From the NCBI GenBank assembly GCA_964492745.1, contig CAZBLT010000003.1, positions 36,653 through 100,652 on the forward strand: a DNA stretch of 64,000 nucleotides, given 5' to 3'. Below the pieces are notes generated by a model, which saw only the letters and a program-made list of their open reading frames with translations, searched no databases and was not told where the DNA came from. The translations under genes were made by a program, and so were the position numbers. Positions 18,662 to 27,620 of the stretch are shown one piece after another. This stretch comes from an uncultured Anaerolineaceae bacterium. Its GTDB lineage: Bacteria; Chloroflexota; Anaerolineae; Anaerolineales; E44-bin32. Position 1 is the stretch's first letter; each line of letters starts with the position of its first letter.

Positions 18662-20554
18662 CTAATCCCGGATCGCCGGCAAGACGACAGTGAAGGTGGT
18701 TCCTTCGCCCAAACGAGAGTCCACCCAGATGCGGCCGTTGTGTTGCTCGACGATCGACTTGACGATCGAGAGGCCCAATCCCGTCCCCGGCGCATCATTG
18801 GGGATATTGCTGGCCCGGAAGAACTTGTCGAAGAGGTAGGGCTGGTCGGCCGGCGGGATGCCGGGGCCGGTATCCCGCACCTGCAGGATGACCTGATCGC
18901 CCTCTGCGCCCGCCTCCAGGCAGACCCGCCCGCCCGTTGGCGTATACTTAATGGCGTTTTCGAGAAGATTGCCGATCATCTGCCGCAATCGCAGTGGGTC
19001 GCCATGCACATGCGGCAAGCCGTTCTCGATTTTGGCCTCCAGCTCCAGGCCCTTGGCATCGGCGAGAGCGCGAATGCTCTCAACGGCATAGCTGGCCAGC
19101 GTCGCAAGCGGCGTATCCTCCTTGGTGGTATCCAGCCCAGCTTCGATTCGGCCCAGATCCAGCAAATCGGTCACCAGCGCGGTGATCTGTTCCACGCTTA
19201 TGCGCACACGTGAAAGGAACTGGGCCTGCGCCTCCGTCAGCGGCCCGGCGCGCTCGATCAACTCTGTGTATCCCAGAATGGCGGTGAGCGGTGAGCGCAG
19301 GTCATGCGAAACCGTGGTAACGAATTCGGACTTGATGCGGTCGAGCTCTTTCAAGTGTGTGATGTCATGCAGGATCACCGCATGCCCCACACCATGGATT
19401 GGGCTACGAACCGCCGCCAGCACTCTGCCGTCCTCCAGCTCAATATCGTCCCGCCTTGTCGAGCCGCCGGGTGCTCTCAGCAATTCCAGCAACGCGGCAT
19501 GATCGAAGACTTCCGCTGCCGAGCAGCCCAAGAAGTTCCCCTGCAGGTCGAAGATCTCCTGGGCCGCGCGGTTGGCCAACAGAAGGCGGTTCTCCTCGTC
19601 TACGACGATCACGCCATTTTGGCTTTGGGCCAATATGGTTTCGAGTTTGGCCCGCTCGTCCTCTGACTCCTGGTACAAGCGGGCATTCTCCACCGCGATG
19701 GCGGCGTAGTCGGCCATCGCCATCAATAGGGTCACGTCCTCCCGAGTCAAGAGTTTTCCGGCCTTGCGGTTATCCACTCCAAGCACCCCAATCGTCTTTC
19801 CCCGTACCTGCAGCGGCACATAAATCAGGGAGTGGACCAGATAGGCGGTCTTGATCTTCTGAGGCGACGTCTCGTCGAGCAGAATCGGCTCGCCCTTTTC
19901 GAGCACCTGGCCTGCCAACGAATCCTGAACCTGCAGCCGGAAGGTGTGCGCGAAATCTTCGTCAAAATTCTTGGAGGCCCGCATGTAGAGCTCGCCGCTG
20001 GCCTCGTCCACCAGCAAGAGGCTCCCTTCTTCCGCTCCGGTGAGCCGCACCGCGGCTTCCACGACGGTTGTGAGCACCACATCCAGGTCCAACACCGCGG
20101 TCACGGTACGGCCGATCATGGCCAGTGTCTCGAGTTCCTGGACGCGTCGGGCTAGTGTGCCTTCCTCCGTTCCCCTGCCCTCGCTCCTGGCCTCCAGCGC
20201 CCTCCGCACCGCTTGAAGCAGCTCATCCGAGGCGAATGGCTTCACCAGGAAATCACAGGCACCGGCGCGCAGCGCGGCTAAGATCAACTTATCGGAGCTC
20301 TCGCTGCTCATTAGAATGACCGGAATGCCGGGGAGGGCGGTTCGGAGGCGCCGGATAAGATCAAGGCCCGACAGACCAGGCATCTGTTGATCGGTGATCA
20401 CCAAGTCGGGCTTCAAGTCCTGGGCCAACGCTAAGGCCGACATCCCATCACCGACACGGCGAACCTGATAGCCAGCAGGCCGGAGAATCCTCTCCTCTAC
20501 AATCTGTGCGATGTCTCGATTATCTTCGGCGACGAGAATCAGCTTAGCGCTCAT
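18662..20554 (-). CDS. Hybrid sensor: receiver-GAF-PAS-histidine kinase (HisKA + HATPase_c)
   Basis: N-terminal REC (LILVAEDN...DLVITDQQMPGLSG), a GAF region, H-box SHDLRSPLT, an N-box, and G-box GTGLGLSIVK. Start placed at ATG 20554. Confidence 0.9.
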   Translation of the reverse strand: MSAKLILVAEDNRDIAQIVEERILRPAGYQVRRVGDGMSALALAQDLKPDLVITDQQMPGLSGLDLIRRLRTALPGIPVILMSSESSDKLILAALRAGACDFLVKPFASDELLQAVRRALEARSEGRGTEEGTLARRVQELETLAMIGRTVTAVLDLDVVLTTVVEAAVRLTGAEEGSLLLVDEASGELYMRASKNFDEDFAHTFRLQVQDSLAGQVLEKGEPILLDETSPQKIKTAYLVHSLIYVPLQVRGKTIGVLGVDNRKAGKLLTREDVTLLMAMADYAAIAVENARLYQESEDERAKLETILAQSQNGVIVVDEENRLLLANRAAQEIFDLQGNFLGCSAAEVFDHAALLELLRAPGGSTRRDDIELEDGRVLAAVRSPIHGVGHAVILHDITHLKELDRIKSEFVTTVSHDLRSPLTAILGYTELIERAGPLTEAQAQFLSRVRISVEQITALVTDLLDLGRIEAGLDTTKEDTPLATLASYAVESIRALADAKGLELEAKIENGLPHVHGDPLRLRQMIGNLLENAIKYTPTGGRVCLEAGAEGDQVILQVRDTGPGIPPADQPYLFDKFFRASNIPNDAPGTGLGLSIVKSIVEQHNGRIWVDSRLGEGTTFTVVLPAIRD

Positions 20555-20620
20555 GTGCAATCACCAGATGATCCCATGGGGGTTGGACAATCTTTGGATG
20601 GCTGGGCAGTCGGGGGAGGA

Positions 20621-21799
20621 TTAGTTCGCGGCCTGGCCCTTAGGCTCGGCTTTGAGCACCTCGGACAGCTTCTTAATGACCGCCTCCAGATCCCGCTGCA
20701 CCGTTTCGAGTTCTGTCCCAATTTCGGCCTCAGGCTTTCGGCTGCGTAATTCGTGGATTTCCGCTCGCGCAGCTCTGAGGCTGCGGTGCATCTCCTCGAG
20801 CCAATCAGGGTCCACGCGAATACCTTCCGCCACCCCCCGGATCTTGCTTTCGAGCATCCGCGCCCGTTCTTCGAGTGCCTGGAAAAGCCGGGCATTCACC
20901 AGCGAGATGGAGGCGTAATCTGCGACCGCCTCCAGCATGACCAGTTGACGCTCCGTAAAGGGCTTGGGGCTCTCGCGGGCCACGCAGATCACGCCAATGG
21001 GCTGGTCCTTGACCTTGATGGGAGCGATCAACGCCGCCGCCGCGAATTGTGAGAGCTTGAATTTGGACAGTCCCTCACCATGGATCGCCAGTGCCTCCCC
21101 CGAGAGCATGACGAGCGAACTCACGCCGTCGTCCCAAGGCTGCTGCAAGCGACCACGAATCCCGGCCGGGAGGTTCTGCTCCGCACGCAAGTACAGCTCG
21201 TCGGTGCCTTCCTTGCGAAGCAGCACCCAGCCGATATCGGCCTCCGTGACATAGAGGCTGCCCTCAATCAGCTTGCCGAAAAGTTGGCCTTGATGGGTTG
21301 TGGATGTGACCGTCTTCCCGAGGCCGAAGAGCGTGGTTAGCTCGCGCACTCGCCGCTCCAATTGGCGGTTGGATTCAGCCAATTGCCGGGCCAACTGGCG
21401 ATGCTCCCGGCGCAGCCGAATTTCCTTAACGACCCGCTCGAGTGCGGCCACAACCTCAGCCTCTCGCAAGGGCTTGACCAGGTAATCATGGGCGCCGAGC
21501 CGGAAGGCTTGAATGGCGTCGTTCTCCATGCCCTTGGGCGCCGTGACCAGCATGGGCACGTCCGTTCCTTGCGAGCGGAGTGCCACCAGCAAATCCTTGC
21601 CGCTGAGGCCCGGCAACGTCAGGCTGGCGATGATCAGGTCGGGGGCGAACTGGAGTGCCTGCTGGATGGCCGAACCCGCATCGGCCGCCGTGGCAACCTG
21701 GTACCCAAGCGGTTTGAGGACTTCCCGCGCCAAGAGATCCAGCGTTTCCGGGTCTTCATCGACGATGAGAACGCGTTCCAGGTTCATGGCCTCCGTCAT
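20621..21799 (-). CDS. Response-regulator receiver + GAF domain protein with a C-terminal coiled coil
   Basis: REC (VLIVDEDPETLDLL..DLIIASLTLPGLSG) followed by GAF. The start is ambiguous (ATG 21799 or ATG 21787). Confidence 0.8.
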   Translation of the reverse strand: MTEAMNLERVLIVDEDPETLDLLAREVLKPLGYQVATAADAGSAIQQALQFAPDLIIASLTLPGLSGKDLLVALRSQGTDVPMLVTAPKGMENDAIQAFRLGAHDYLVKPLREAEVVAALERVVKEIRLRREHRQLARQLAESNRQLERRVRELTTLFGLGKTVTSTTHQGQLFGKLIEGSLYVTEADIGWVLLRKEGTDELYLRAEQNLPAGIRGRLQQPWDDGVSSLVMLSGEALAIHGEGLSKFKLSQFAAAALIAPIKVKDQPIGVICVARESPKPFTERQLVMLEAVADYASISLVNARLFQALEERARMLESKIRGVAEGIRVDPDWLEEMHRSLRAARAEIHELRSRKPEAEIGTELETVQRDLEAVIKKLSEVLKAEPKGQAAN

Positions 21800-21896
21800 G
21801 CAGCTATGATAGCATGGAATGCTTTCCCCAGCGCTGCCGCAAAGGCTGCAGAGCTGCACGGATGATAGAATCAAAGGTGAGAGAAACCACCTTTCC

Positions 21897-21926
21897 TTGA
21901 CGTTCTCTCCACCCGACACGTACAAT
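21897..21926 (+). promoter_or_regulatory. Sigma70-type promoter for the J-protein gene
   Basis: TTGACG (21897-21902), an 18-nt spacer, then TACAAT (21921-21926). The inverted repeat AAAGGTG-n8-CACCTTT lies immediately upstream of the -35. Confidence 0.5.
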
Positions 21927-21946
21927 CAACGATACAAGGCAGCTCT

Positions 21947-22861
21947 ATGGAATACAAGGATTACTATAAGATCCTCGGCGTTGACCGCAACGCAAGCCTG
22001 GACGAGATCAAGCGCAAATATCGTCAGCTTGCGCTCAAGTACCATCCCGACAAGAACCCTGATGACAAGCAGGCTGAGGAACGCTTCAAGGAAATCAACG
22101 AGGCCTATGAGGTCCTGGGTGATCCCGAGAAGCGCGCCAAGTACGACCAGCTCGGCTCATCCTACCGCGCCTGGGAGCGGACGGGGCGCGACCCCGGCGG
22201 CTTCGACTGGTCGCAATGGGCTTCCGGCTTTCCTGGCGGCGGCGTGCGGGTGGAGATGGGCGATCTCGACGACATACTTGGCGGCTTCTCGGATTTCTTC
22301 CAGGCCATCTTCGGCGGGATGGGCGCCCAACGCACCGCATCCCGCGGTGGACGGGGGCGCGATATCGAGCAGCCGGTCACCATCAGCCTTGCCGAGGCAT
22401 ACAAGGGCACTTCGCGGACCTTTCAGTACAACGGCAAACGTCTTGAGGTGAAGATCCCGCCCGGGGCAAAGACCGGCACCAAAGTGAGGGTGAGCGGCAA
22501 GGGGCAGAAGGGCACCCGCCAGGCCGGCGACCTATACCTGGTGGTCCAGGTGGAACCCGATCCGCGCTTTGAGCGCAAGGGCGACGATCTGTACACTGAT
22601 GTTGAGGTCGACCTATACACCGCCGTTCTCGGGGGTGAGATCAAGGTCCCCACCCCTGGCGGCAGCGTCGTGCTGACCATCCCTGCCGGAAGCCAGCCCG
22701 GGCAGAAGTTTCGCCTTAAGGGCAAGGGCATGCCCAAACTTCGGCAACGGAGCCAGCACGGTGACCTTTACGCCCGCCTGCACGTCCGGTTGCCCAAGCA
22801 ACTCGGTTCAGAAGAACGAGAGCTCTTCGAGAAGCTCGCCAAGATGCAGAAGCGCGGCTAG
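21947..22861 (+). CDS. cbpA: DnaJ-class co-chaperone without a zinc finger (CbpA type)
   Basis: J domain DYYKILGV...KYHPDKNP, a G/F-rich linker, and two C-terminal beta domains. There is no CxxCxGxG repeat. Confidence 0.8.
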   Translation: MEYKDYYKILGVDRNASLDEIKRKYRQLALKYHPDKNPDDKQAEERFKEINEAYEVLGDPEKRAKYDQLGSSYRAWERTGRDPGGFDWSQWASGFPGGGVRVEMGDLDDILGGFSDFFQAIFGGMGAQRTASRGGRGRDIEQPVTISLAEAYKGTSRTFQYNGKRLEVKIPPGAKTGTKVRVSGKGQKGTRQAGDLYLVVQVEPDPRFERKGDDLYTDVEVDLYTAVLGGEIKVPTPGGSVVLTIPAGSQPGQKFRLKGKGMPKLRQRSQHGDLYARLHVRLPKQLGSEERELFEKLAKMQKRG

Positions 22862-22916
22862 CTCCCAAGTTCTCGCCGCCGCGCTTTTCTTGCCGTGTAA
22901 AGGATTGGTACCATCC

Positions 22917-24122
22917 ATGAAGAAATGGCCTCTAGTTTCGGTTGCTGCCGCTCTCTCCCTCGCCGCCATTGCCTGCAGCCTGCAGCCCATCCCGGTCGAG
23001 AGTCCGACCCCGACGCGCTCCCCGGTCCCCCCCCTTCCCACAGCCGCACCGCCGGTTAGCCCTCCACCCTCCACTTCCGCAGCGGGAGGGGGGCTTCCCG
23101 TGGCCGGCGATTTGGTCGCACTCTACGAACGCGTCAGCCCAGGCGTGGTCACCATCTGGACCTTTGAGGAGCTCGGCGCCCCCCACGAGGCAAGTGTGCC
23201 CAGCGGACAGGGATCGGGCTTCGTGATCGACATACAAGGGCATATCGTCACCAACCAACATGTGGTCAACGGCGCCAGCGAGATCGAGGTGGATTTCCCC
23301 TCCGGGATCAAGGCCTGGGCCCGATTGCTCGGCACCGATCCGGATTCCGATCTGGCCGTCCTCGAAGTGGATGTCCCTGAGGAGACCCTGGTACCCCTAT
23401 CGTTGGGCGATTCGGACCAGGTGAGAGTGGGGCAATTTGTGGTGGCCATCGGCAATCCCTTCGGCCTTACCGGAACCATGACCGTGGGCGTGGTCTCTGC
23501 GATTGGCAGGACGCTGGAGTCGGAGCGGCTGGCGCCCGGCGGGACGCCCTTCTCCGCTGGCGATCTGATCCAGACGGACGCTGCCATCAATCCAGGAAAT
23601 TCCGGCGGGCCCCTCCTGAACCTGAGCGGCCAGGTCATCGGCATCAATCGCGCCATCCAGACCGAGATATTCACGGTCGAGGGCAGCGCCGCCAATTCTG
23701 GTGTAGGCTTCGCAGTTCCAGTGAATCTCCTCCGCCGGGTAGCGCCCAGCCTTATCGCAAGCGGCAGCTATGATTATCCCTACCTGGGCATCTCAAGCCT
23801 GGATGACGACCTATGGAACCTGAAGACTATCGAGGCGCTGGGGCTCCCGCCAAATGCGCTCGGGGCCTATGTGACTGAGGTGGTTCCTGGCGGCCCGGCC
23901 GACCAAGCCGGACTGCGCGGGGGTCGCCGCGAGACCGCCATTCCGGGTCTCCTCGCCGGCGGCGACCTCATCATCGCCATCGACGACCAGCCCGTAAAGA
24001 AATTCGCCGATTTGCTGTCCTTCCTCTTTAAGTACACCGAACCTGGCCAGCAAGTCGTCCTCACCGTGATCCGCGAGAATGAGGAGGTGGACATACCCCT
24101 GATGATCGGTGCTCGCCCCTGA
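22917..24122 (+). CDS. htrA: HtrA/DegP-family serine protease with one PDZ domain, predicted lipoprotein
   Basis: Signal peptide with lipobox (LAAIAC). Catalytic triad contexts are TNQHVV, DSDLAVLEV and GNSGGPLLN. C-terminal PDZ. Start moved to ATG 22917. Confidence 0.9.
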   Translation: MKKWPLVSVAAALSLAAIACSLQPIPVESPTPTRSPVPPLPTAAPPVSPPPSTSAAGGGLPVAGDLVALYERVSPGVVTIWTFEELGAPHEASVPSGQGSGFVIDIQGHIVTNQHVVNGASEIEVDFPSGIKAWARLLGTDPDSDLAVLEVDVPEETLVPLSLGDSDQVRVGQFVVAIGNPFGLTGTMTVGVVSAIGRTLESERLAPGGTPFSAGDLIQTDAAINPGNSGGPLLNLSGQVIGINRAIQTEIFTVEGSAANSGVGFAVPVNLLRRVAPSLIASGSYDYPYLGISSLDDDLWNLKTIEALGLPPNALGAYVTEVVPGGPADQAGLRGGRRETAIPGLLAGGDLIIAIDDQPVKKFADLLSFLFKYTEPGQQVVLTVIRENEEVDIPLMIGARP

Positions 24123-24171
24123 GTTCATCCGGCGTCCATTGGAGAGCTTCCCAGACGGAAGGAGGTCTGCC

Positions 24172-25278
24172 ATGCTAAGCGAGCAAATCCTCCAGGATCT
24201 GATCGCCTTCAAGCCCGGGGCACCCGTTTTAAGCGTATATCTCGACACCGATCCCACACAACGCACCACCGAAGAAACCAAGCTCATCCTTCGCCAGCTC
24301 ATCAAGCCCTTCGAAAATGAAGTCCCCGAGGACGTCGAGGCGATCTTGCGCTTTGCCGAACACGGCTTCGACTGGTCCGGACGTGGGCTGGCGCTCTTCT
24401 CCTCCGTGCCAGCCGAATTCTTCCGCTCTATTCCCCTGGGGCTGCCCGTGAGGAGCCGGGCCCGGCTCCTCGATCGCCCCTACGTCAAACCACTCGCAGC
24501 GCTGCTGGAGAATTTTGGTCATTACGGGGTGGCGCTTGTCGATCAGCAAAACCTGCGACTCTTCCGTTTCCACCTCGGCGAGCTGGTCGAGGAGCAGAAA
24601 CACAGCGGGAAGCCTGTTCGACACATGAAGCGAGGCGGAGGATCGCAGGCAGCCGGTCGCCGCGGCGGTGTGGCGGGCCTGAAGCGCGCCGCAGAGGAAA
24701 CCGTGGAGCGCAATCTGCGGGAAGCCGCCCGCCAGGCTGCCCGCTTCTTCGAGCGCCAGGCCATCCGCCGCGTTCTCATCGGAGGGACCGAAGAGAATAC
24801 CCAGCGATTCTTCGAGCAACTACCCAGGCGCTGGCAATCCCTCGTCGTCGGCACGTTCCCGATCGAGATGAACGCTGGCCACGCCCAGGTGCTTGAGAAG
24901 GCCTTGACGACCGCACAAGCCGCCGAGAGAGCGAAGGAGTCCCGTCTGGTGCAGGCGGTCATCACGGCCGCGGCGAAGGGGCAGGAAGGCGTTGTCGGGC
25001 TGGATGATACGCTGGAAGCGGTGCGCGCTGGCAAGGTGCAAACCCTGGTGCTCAGCGACGGCTATCGCGCTCCAGGGTACCGCTGCATGCATTGCGGCTT
25101 CCTGACGGCCCAAGACCTGGAATCCTGTCCCTTCTGCGGGAACCCCATCGAGCAAATCCCGGATGCCGTGGAGTTGGCCGTCCGGCGCGTGCTTAGCGAC
25201 GGTGGCGAGGTGGAGATCATCCCCACGAACCCTCAGCTCGAAGCGGCAGGGCGGATTGGCGCGCTGCTGCGTTACTAG
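24172..25278 (+). CDS. Bacterial eRF1/Pelota-like (aeRF1-superfamily) protein with a GGGSQ loop and a zinc-ribbon insert
   Basis: The C-terminus ...VVGLDDTLEAVRAGKVQTLVLS...GRIGALLRY resembles eRF1/Pelota domain 3. A central RGGGSQ loop lies at 24634-24648. CMHCG..CPFCG lies at 25084-25137. GGAAGGAGG SD precedes ATG 24172. Confidence 0.7.
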   Translation: MLSEQILQDLIAFKPGAPVLSVYLDTDPTQRTTEETKLILRQLIKPFENEVPEDVEAILRFAEHGFDWSGRGLALFSSVPAEFFRSIPLGLPVRSRARLLDRPYVKPLAALLENFGHYGVALVDQQNLRLFRFHLGELVEEQKHSGKPVRHMKRGGGSQAAGRRGGVAGLKRAAEETVERNLREAARQAARFFERQAIRRVLIGGTEENTQRFFEQLPRRWQSLVVGTFPIEMNAGHAQVLEKALTTAQAAERAKESRLVQAVITAAAKGQEGVVGLDDTLEAVRAGKVQTLVLSDGYRAPGYRCMHCGFLTAQDLESCPFCGNPIEQIPDAVELAVRRVLSDGGEVEIIPTNPQLEAAGRIGALLRY

Positions 25279-25320
25279 AGTGTCGGCCGCCTGTGCGGGA
25301 TGTCACCCCATAGACACGAA

Positions 25321-25360
25321 ACGGCTCCCACCGAACATGGTGGGAGCCGTCGCCTTTTAT
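25321..25360. terminator. Strong bidirectional terminator between convergent operons
   Basis: ACGGCTCCCACC-gaacat-GGTGGGAGCCGT is a perfect 12-bp stem, followed by CGCCTTTTAT. Confidence 0.8.
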
Positions 25361-25392
25361 CCGTTAGTGTGCGTTCTGTCTCTCGTGCCCGC

Positions 25393-26052
25393 CTACTGGC
25401 CAAAGAGATCCCGCTCCAAGGCAAGGATATCGTTGGCCAGCACTTCCAAGTCCCGACGGGCCGCAAAATCGTTCGTCTCGATTTCCTGAAGGGCGAGCGC
25501 CAGCCGCTCCCGAAGGCTGGCGATGGTCTTGGCGGCCGCACCCGTCAGGCGGTGTTCGAGCCTGGCCAAGCGCTGATCCGTGACCTCCAGCGCAGCAGCC
25601 GCCTTCACCGGCTCTTCCTGCATCATCTCGAGTTGGGCGGTGCTGACATCCACGAGCACCTGGAGCAGCTCTTGATGATTTTCCAATTCCTCGACCTGGG
25701 CCTTCAAAAGCCTGTTCTCCTCCTTCAAGAGCCGCAAGGTTTCGACTTCAGTCTGGAGCGACTCGACCCGTTCCTGCAGGCCAGCCATGTCGTATCGCAG
25801 CTCGCGGAGAGCCTGGTCCTGGGGGACGACGCGAAGATACCAGGTCGCGCCGGCTCCGATAGCAACCAATCCCACGACCAAGACCGCCCAGAGCAGGACC
25901 TTGCGCAGCCTGCGAGAGCTCGGAGGCGCGGCCGGCGCCTCGGGCGAAACGGCTTCCGCTACCGCCTCTTCCGGAGACATGTCTTCTTGCTGTTGTGGGA
26001 ATTCTTCGTTGTTCATGGCTTCTTCCTCACCGTCCGGGGATCGCCTTTGCAT
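25393..26052 (-). CDS. Single-pass membrane coiled-coil protein (HemX-like architecture), third of three
   Basis: Acidic N-terminus, TM segment VLLWAVLVVGLVAIGAGATWYL, then heptad-rich sequence. Lies 13 nt after the previous gene. Confidence 0.6.
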   Translation of the reverse strand: MQRRSPDGEEEAMNNEEFPQQQEDMSPEEAVAEAVSPEAPAAPPSSRRLRKVLLWAVLVVGLVAIGAGATWYLRVVPQDQALRELRYDMAGLQERVESLQTEVETLRLLKEENRLLKAQVEELENHQELLQVLVDVSTAQLEMMQEEPVKAAAALEVTDQRLARLEHRLTGAAAKTIASLRERLALALQEIETNDFAARRDLEVLANDILALERDLFGQ

Positions 26053-26065
26053 CCCGCGCCTTTCC

Positions 26066-26863
26066 CTAGGGTTGTTCGGTCATCTCCAGCAGCAACTTCC
26101 AACTCAGCTCCAGTTCCTCTTCGGCCAAATTGCGCTGAGTGAACACGGCTTCGAGGGCGGCGGCGAGATGCCCACGAAGGGCCGCACTGTTCTCATCCTC
26201 GCCATCCTCGCCCAACAGGAGATCAGCAATCTCCAGCGCGGCTTGGATATCCTCCGAGGCCAGACCAAAATTGCCCTGCTCAATCCACAGGCGGCTGCGT
26301 GTAAGCAAGGCCATAAGGCGCATCAACTCTAGTTGCCGTGCGATACGCTGTGCAGGGATCTCCTCGGCCTCCAATGCCTCTTCAATCGCCGCCAGCCGGT
26401 CCGAGAGGGCGCCGAATTCGCTCTCAAGACCCTCGAGCTCCGTGGCTCTCTCGGAGAGATCATCCAGCGAGGCGCTCAACTCTCCAAGCTGGCGCTTCGC
26501 CTCCTCCAGGCCTGCCTCCAAGACGGCAAACTGCTCCGCCTGGACTGCAAGCCTGCCCTCGAATTCGGCCGCGCGCGCCGCCTCCGCCTGGCTTGCGCTG
26601 CGGCGCTCGGCCTCGATCGCGTTGAGGGCCGCCTCGAGATCATCCAGCCTGGCCCCATACTCCTGGACTGGCATGACAAGATCCCGATAGAGTCTGCGCG
26701 TCCCCAGGAAGATTCCAGCGCCGAGCGCCGTGCCAATCAGGACCACCAGCAACATCCGGGCGGCCCAGCGCAAGACACGTGCCACCACGCTCGGCCCTCG
26801 GGGTGCCCCTTCCTGCGGAGTTTGCGGCTCGCGCGAGATCTCTTGAGTGTCCGCCTCCGTCAT
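26066..26863 (-). CDS. Single-pass membrane coiled-coil protein (HemX-like architecture), second of three
   Basis: TM segment MLLVVLIGTALGAGIFLG followed by a long coiled coil. The start ATG overlaps the upstream stop (ATGA at 26860-26863). Confidence 0.6.
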   Translation of the reverse strand: MTEADTQEISREPQTPQEGAPRGPSVVARVLRWAARMLLVVLIGTALGAGIFLGTRRLYRDLVMPVQEYGARLDDLEAALNAIEAERRSASQAEAARAAEFEGRLAVQAEQFAVLEAGLEEAKRQLGELSASLDDLSERATELEGLESEFGALSDRLAAIEEALEAEEIPAQRIARQLELMRLMALLTRSRLWIEQGNFGLASEDIQAALEIADLLLGEDGEDENSAALRGHLAAALEAVFTQRNLAEEELELSWKLLLEMTEQP

Positions 26864-27555
26864 GGGCTCATCCCTCCCGTCAGGAGCAGCTCCGCCAGCA
26901 ACTGGCTGAGGGCTTCGAAGAAATTGACCGTCTGCGCTGCCTGATCTCGCAGGCGTTCGACTTCGGACTCCATGGCGCGCACCTGCTCGACTGCCTGGTT
27001 GACCTCATCGAGGGAGGCCTGCACTTCTGACTCCACAGCCGTCATACGGCCGCTGAGTCCCTCCACCGCCTTGAGCCGCTGGTCCAGCCGCTGCAGCGTG
27101 GAGGCAACCTCCCCCACGCGCACCTCAAGCGCCCGAACCTCTGCATCCAGGTTTCGGACGGAGGGGTGGCGCGCAACGCTTAGAGTGCGGTTCACTCCTA
27201 CCAGGATGGCCAGCGTGAGGGCCAGCGACAGGATCACGCTTATGGCCGCCGTCAGCAGGGAGATCCAAAGCGTCTGAGTGCGGGTGAACCCGGAGGGGGC
27301 GGGTGGCGACGTCTCTTTCTCTGCCACCGCCACCTCGATACGCTCGGGTTCAGGCGCAGACTCCAGCGTCAGGAACGGGCGGAGGCGCGCCAGCGTCCTC
27401 TCCCCCAAACCTGGGACGTCGGCCAATTCCTCCAACGAAGCGAAAGGCCTGGCATCGATGATCCTTTGAGCCAGGCGCTCCCCAATGCCGGGTAGCGCCT
27501 CCAAGGCCTCCAAACCGGCTGTGTTGGGATCTATGGGCATGAACTCATTTTCCAT
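26860..27555 (-). CDS. ComEA-like helix-hairpin-helix domain + TM + coiled-coil protein, first of three
   Basis: The N-terminus IDPNTAGLEALEALPGIGERLAQRII...LADVPGLGERTLARL is tandem HhH. TM segment LWISLLTAAISVILSLALTLAILVGV, then coiled coil. ATG 27555 has AGGTGG 8 nt upstream. Confidence 0.65.
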   Translation of the reverse strand: MENEFMPIDPNTAGLEALEALPGIGERLAQRIIDARPFASLEELADVPGLGERTLARLRPFLTLESAPEPERIEVAVAEKETSPPAPSGFTRTQTLWISLLTAAISVILSLALTLAILVGVNRTLSVARHPSVRNLDAEVRALEVRVGEVASTLQRLDQRLKAVEGLSGRMTAVESEVQASLDEVNQAVEQVRAMESEVERLRDQAAQTVNFFEALSQLLAELLLTGGMSP

Positions 27556-27620
27556 TTTCGCTACCACCTGCCGGGTGACGGGCCGGATTCCCGCCAGCTA
27601 GGTTCTAGTGCATTATAGCC

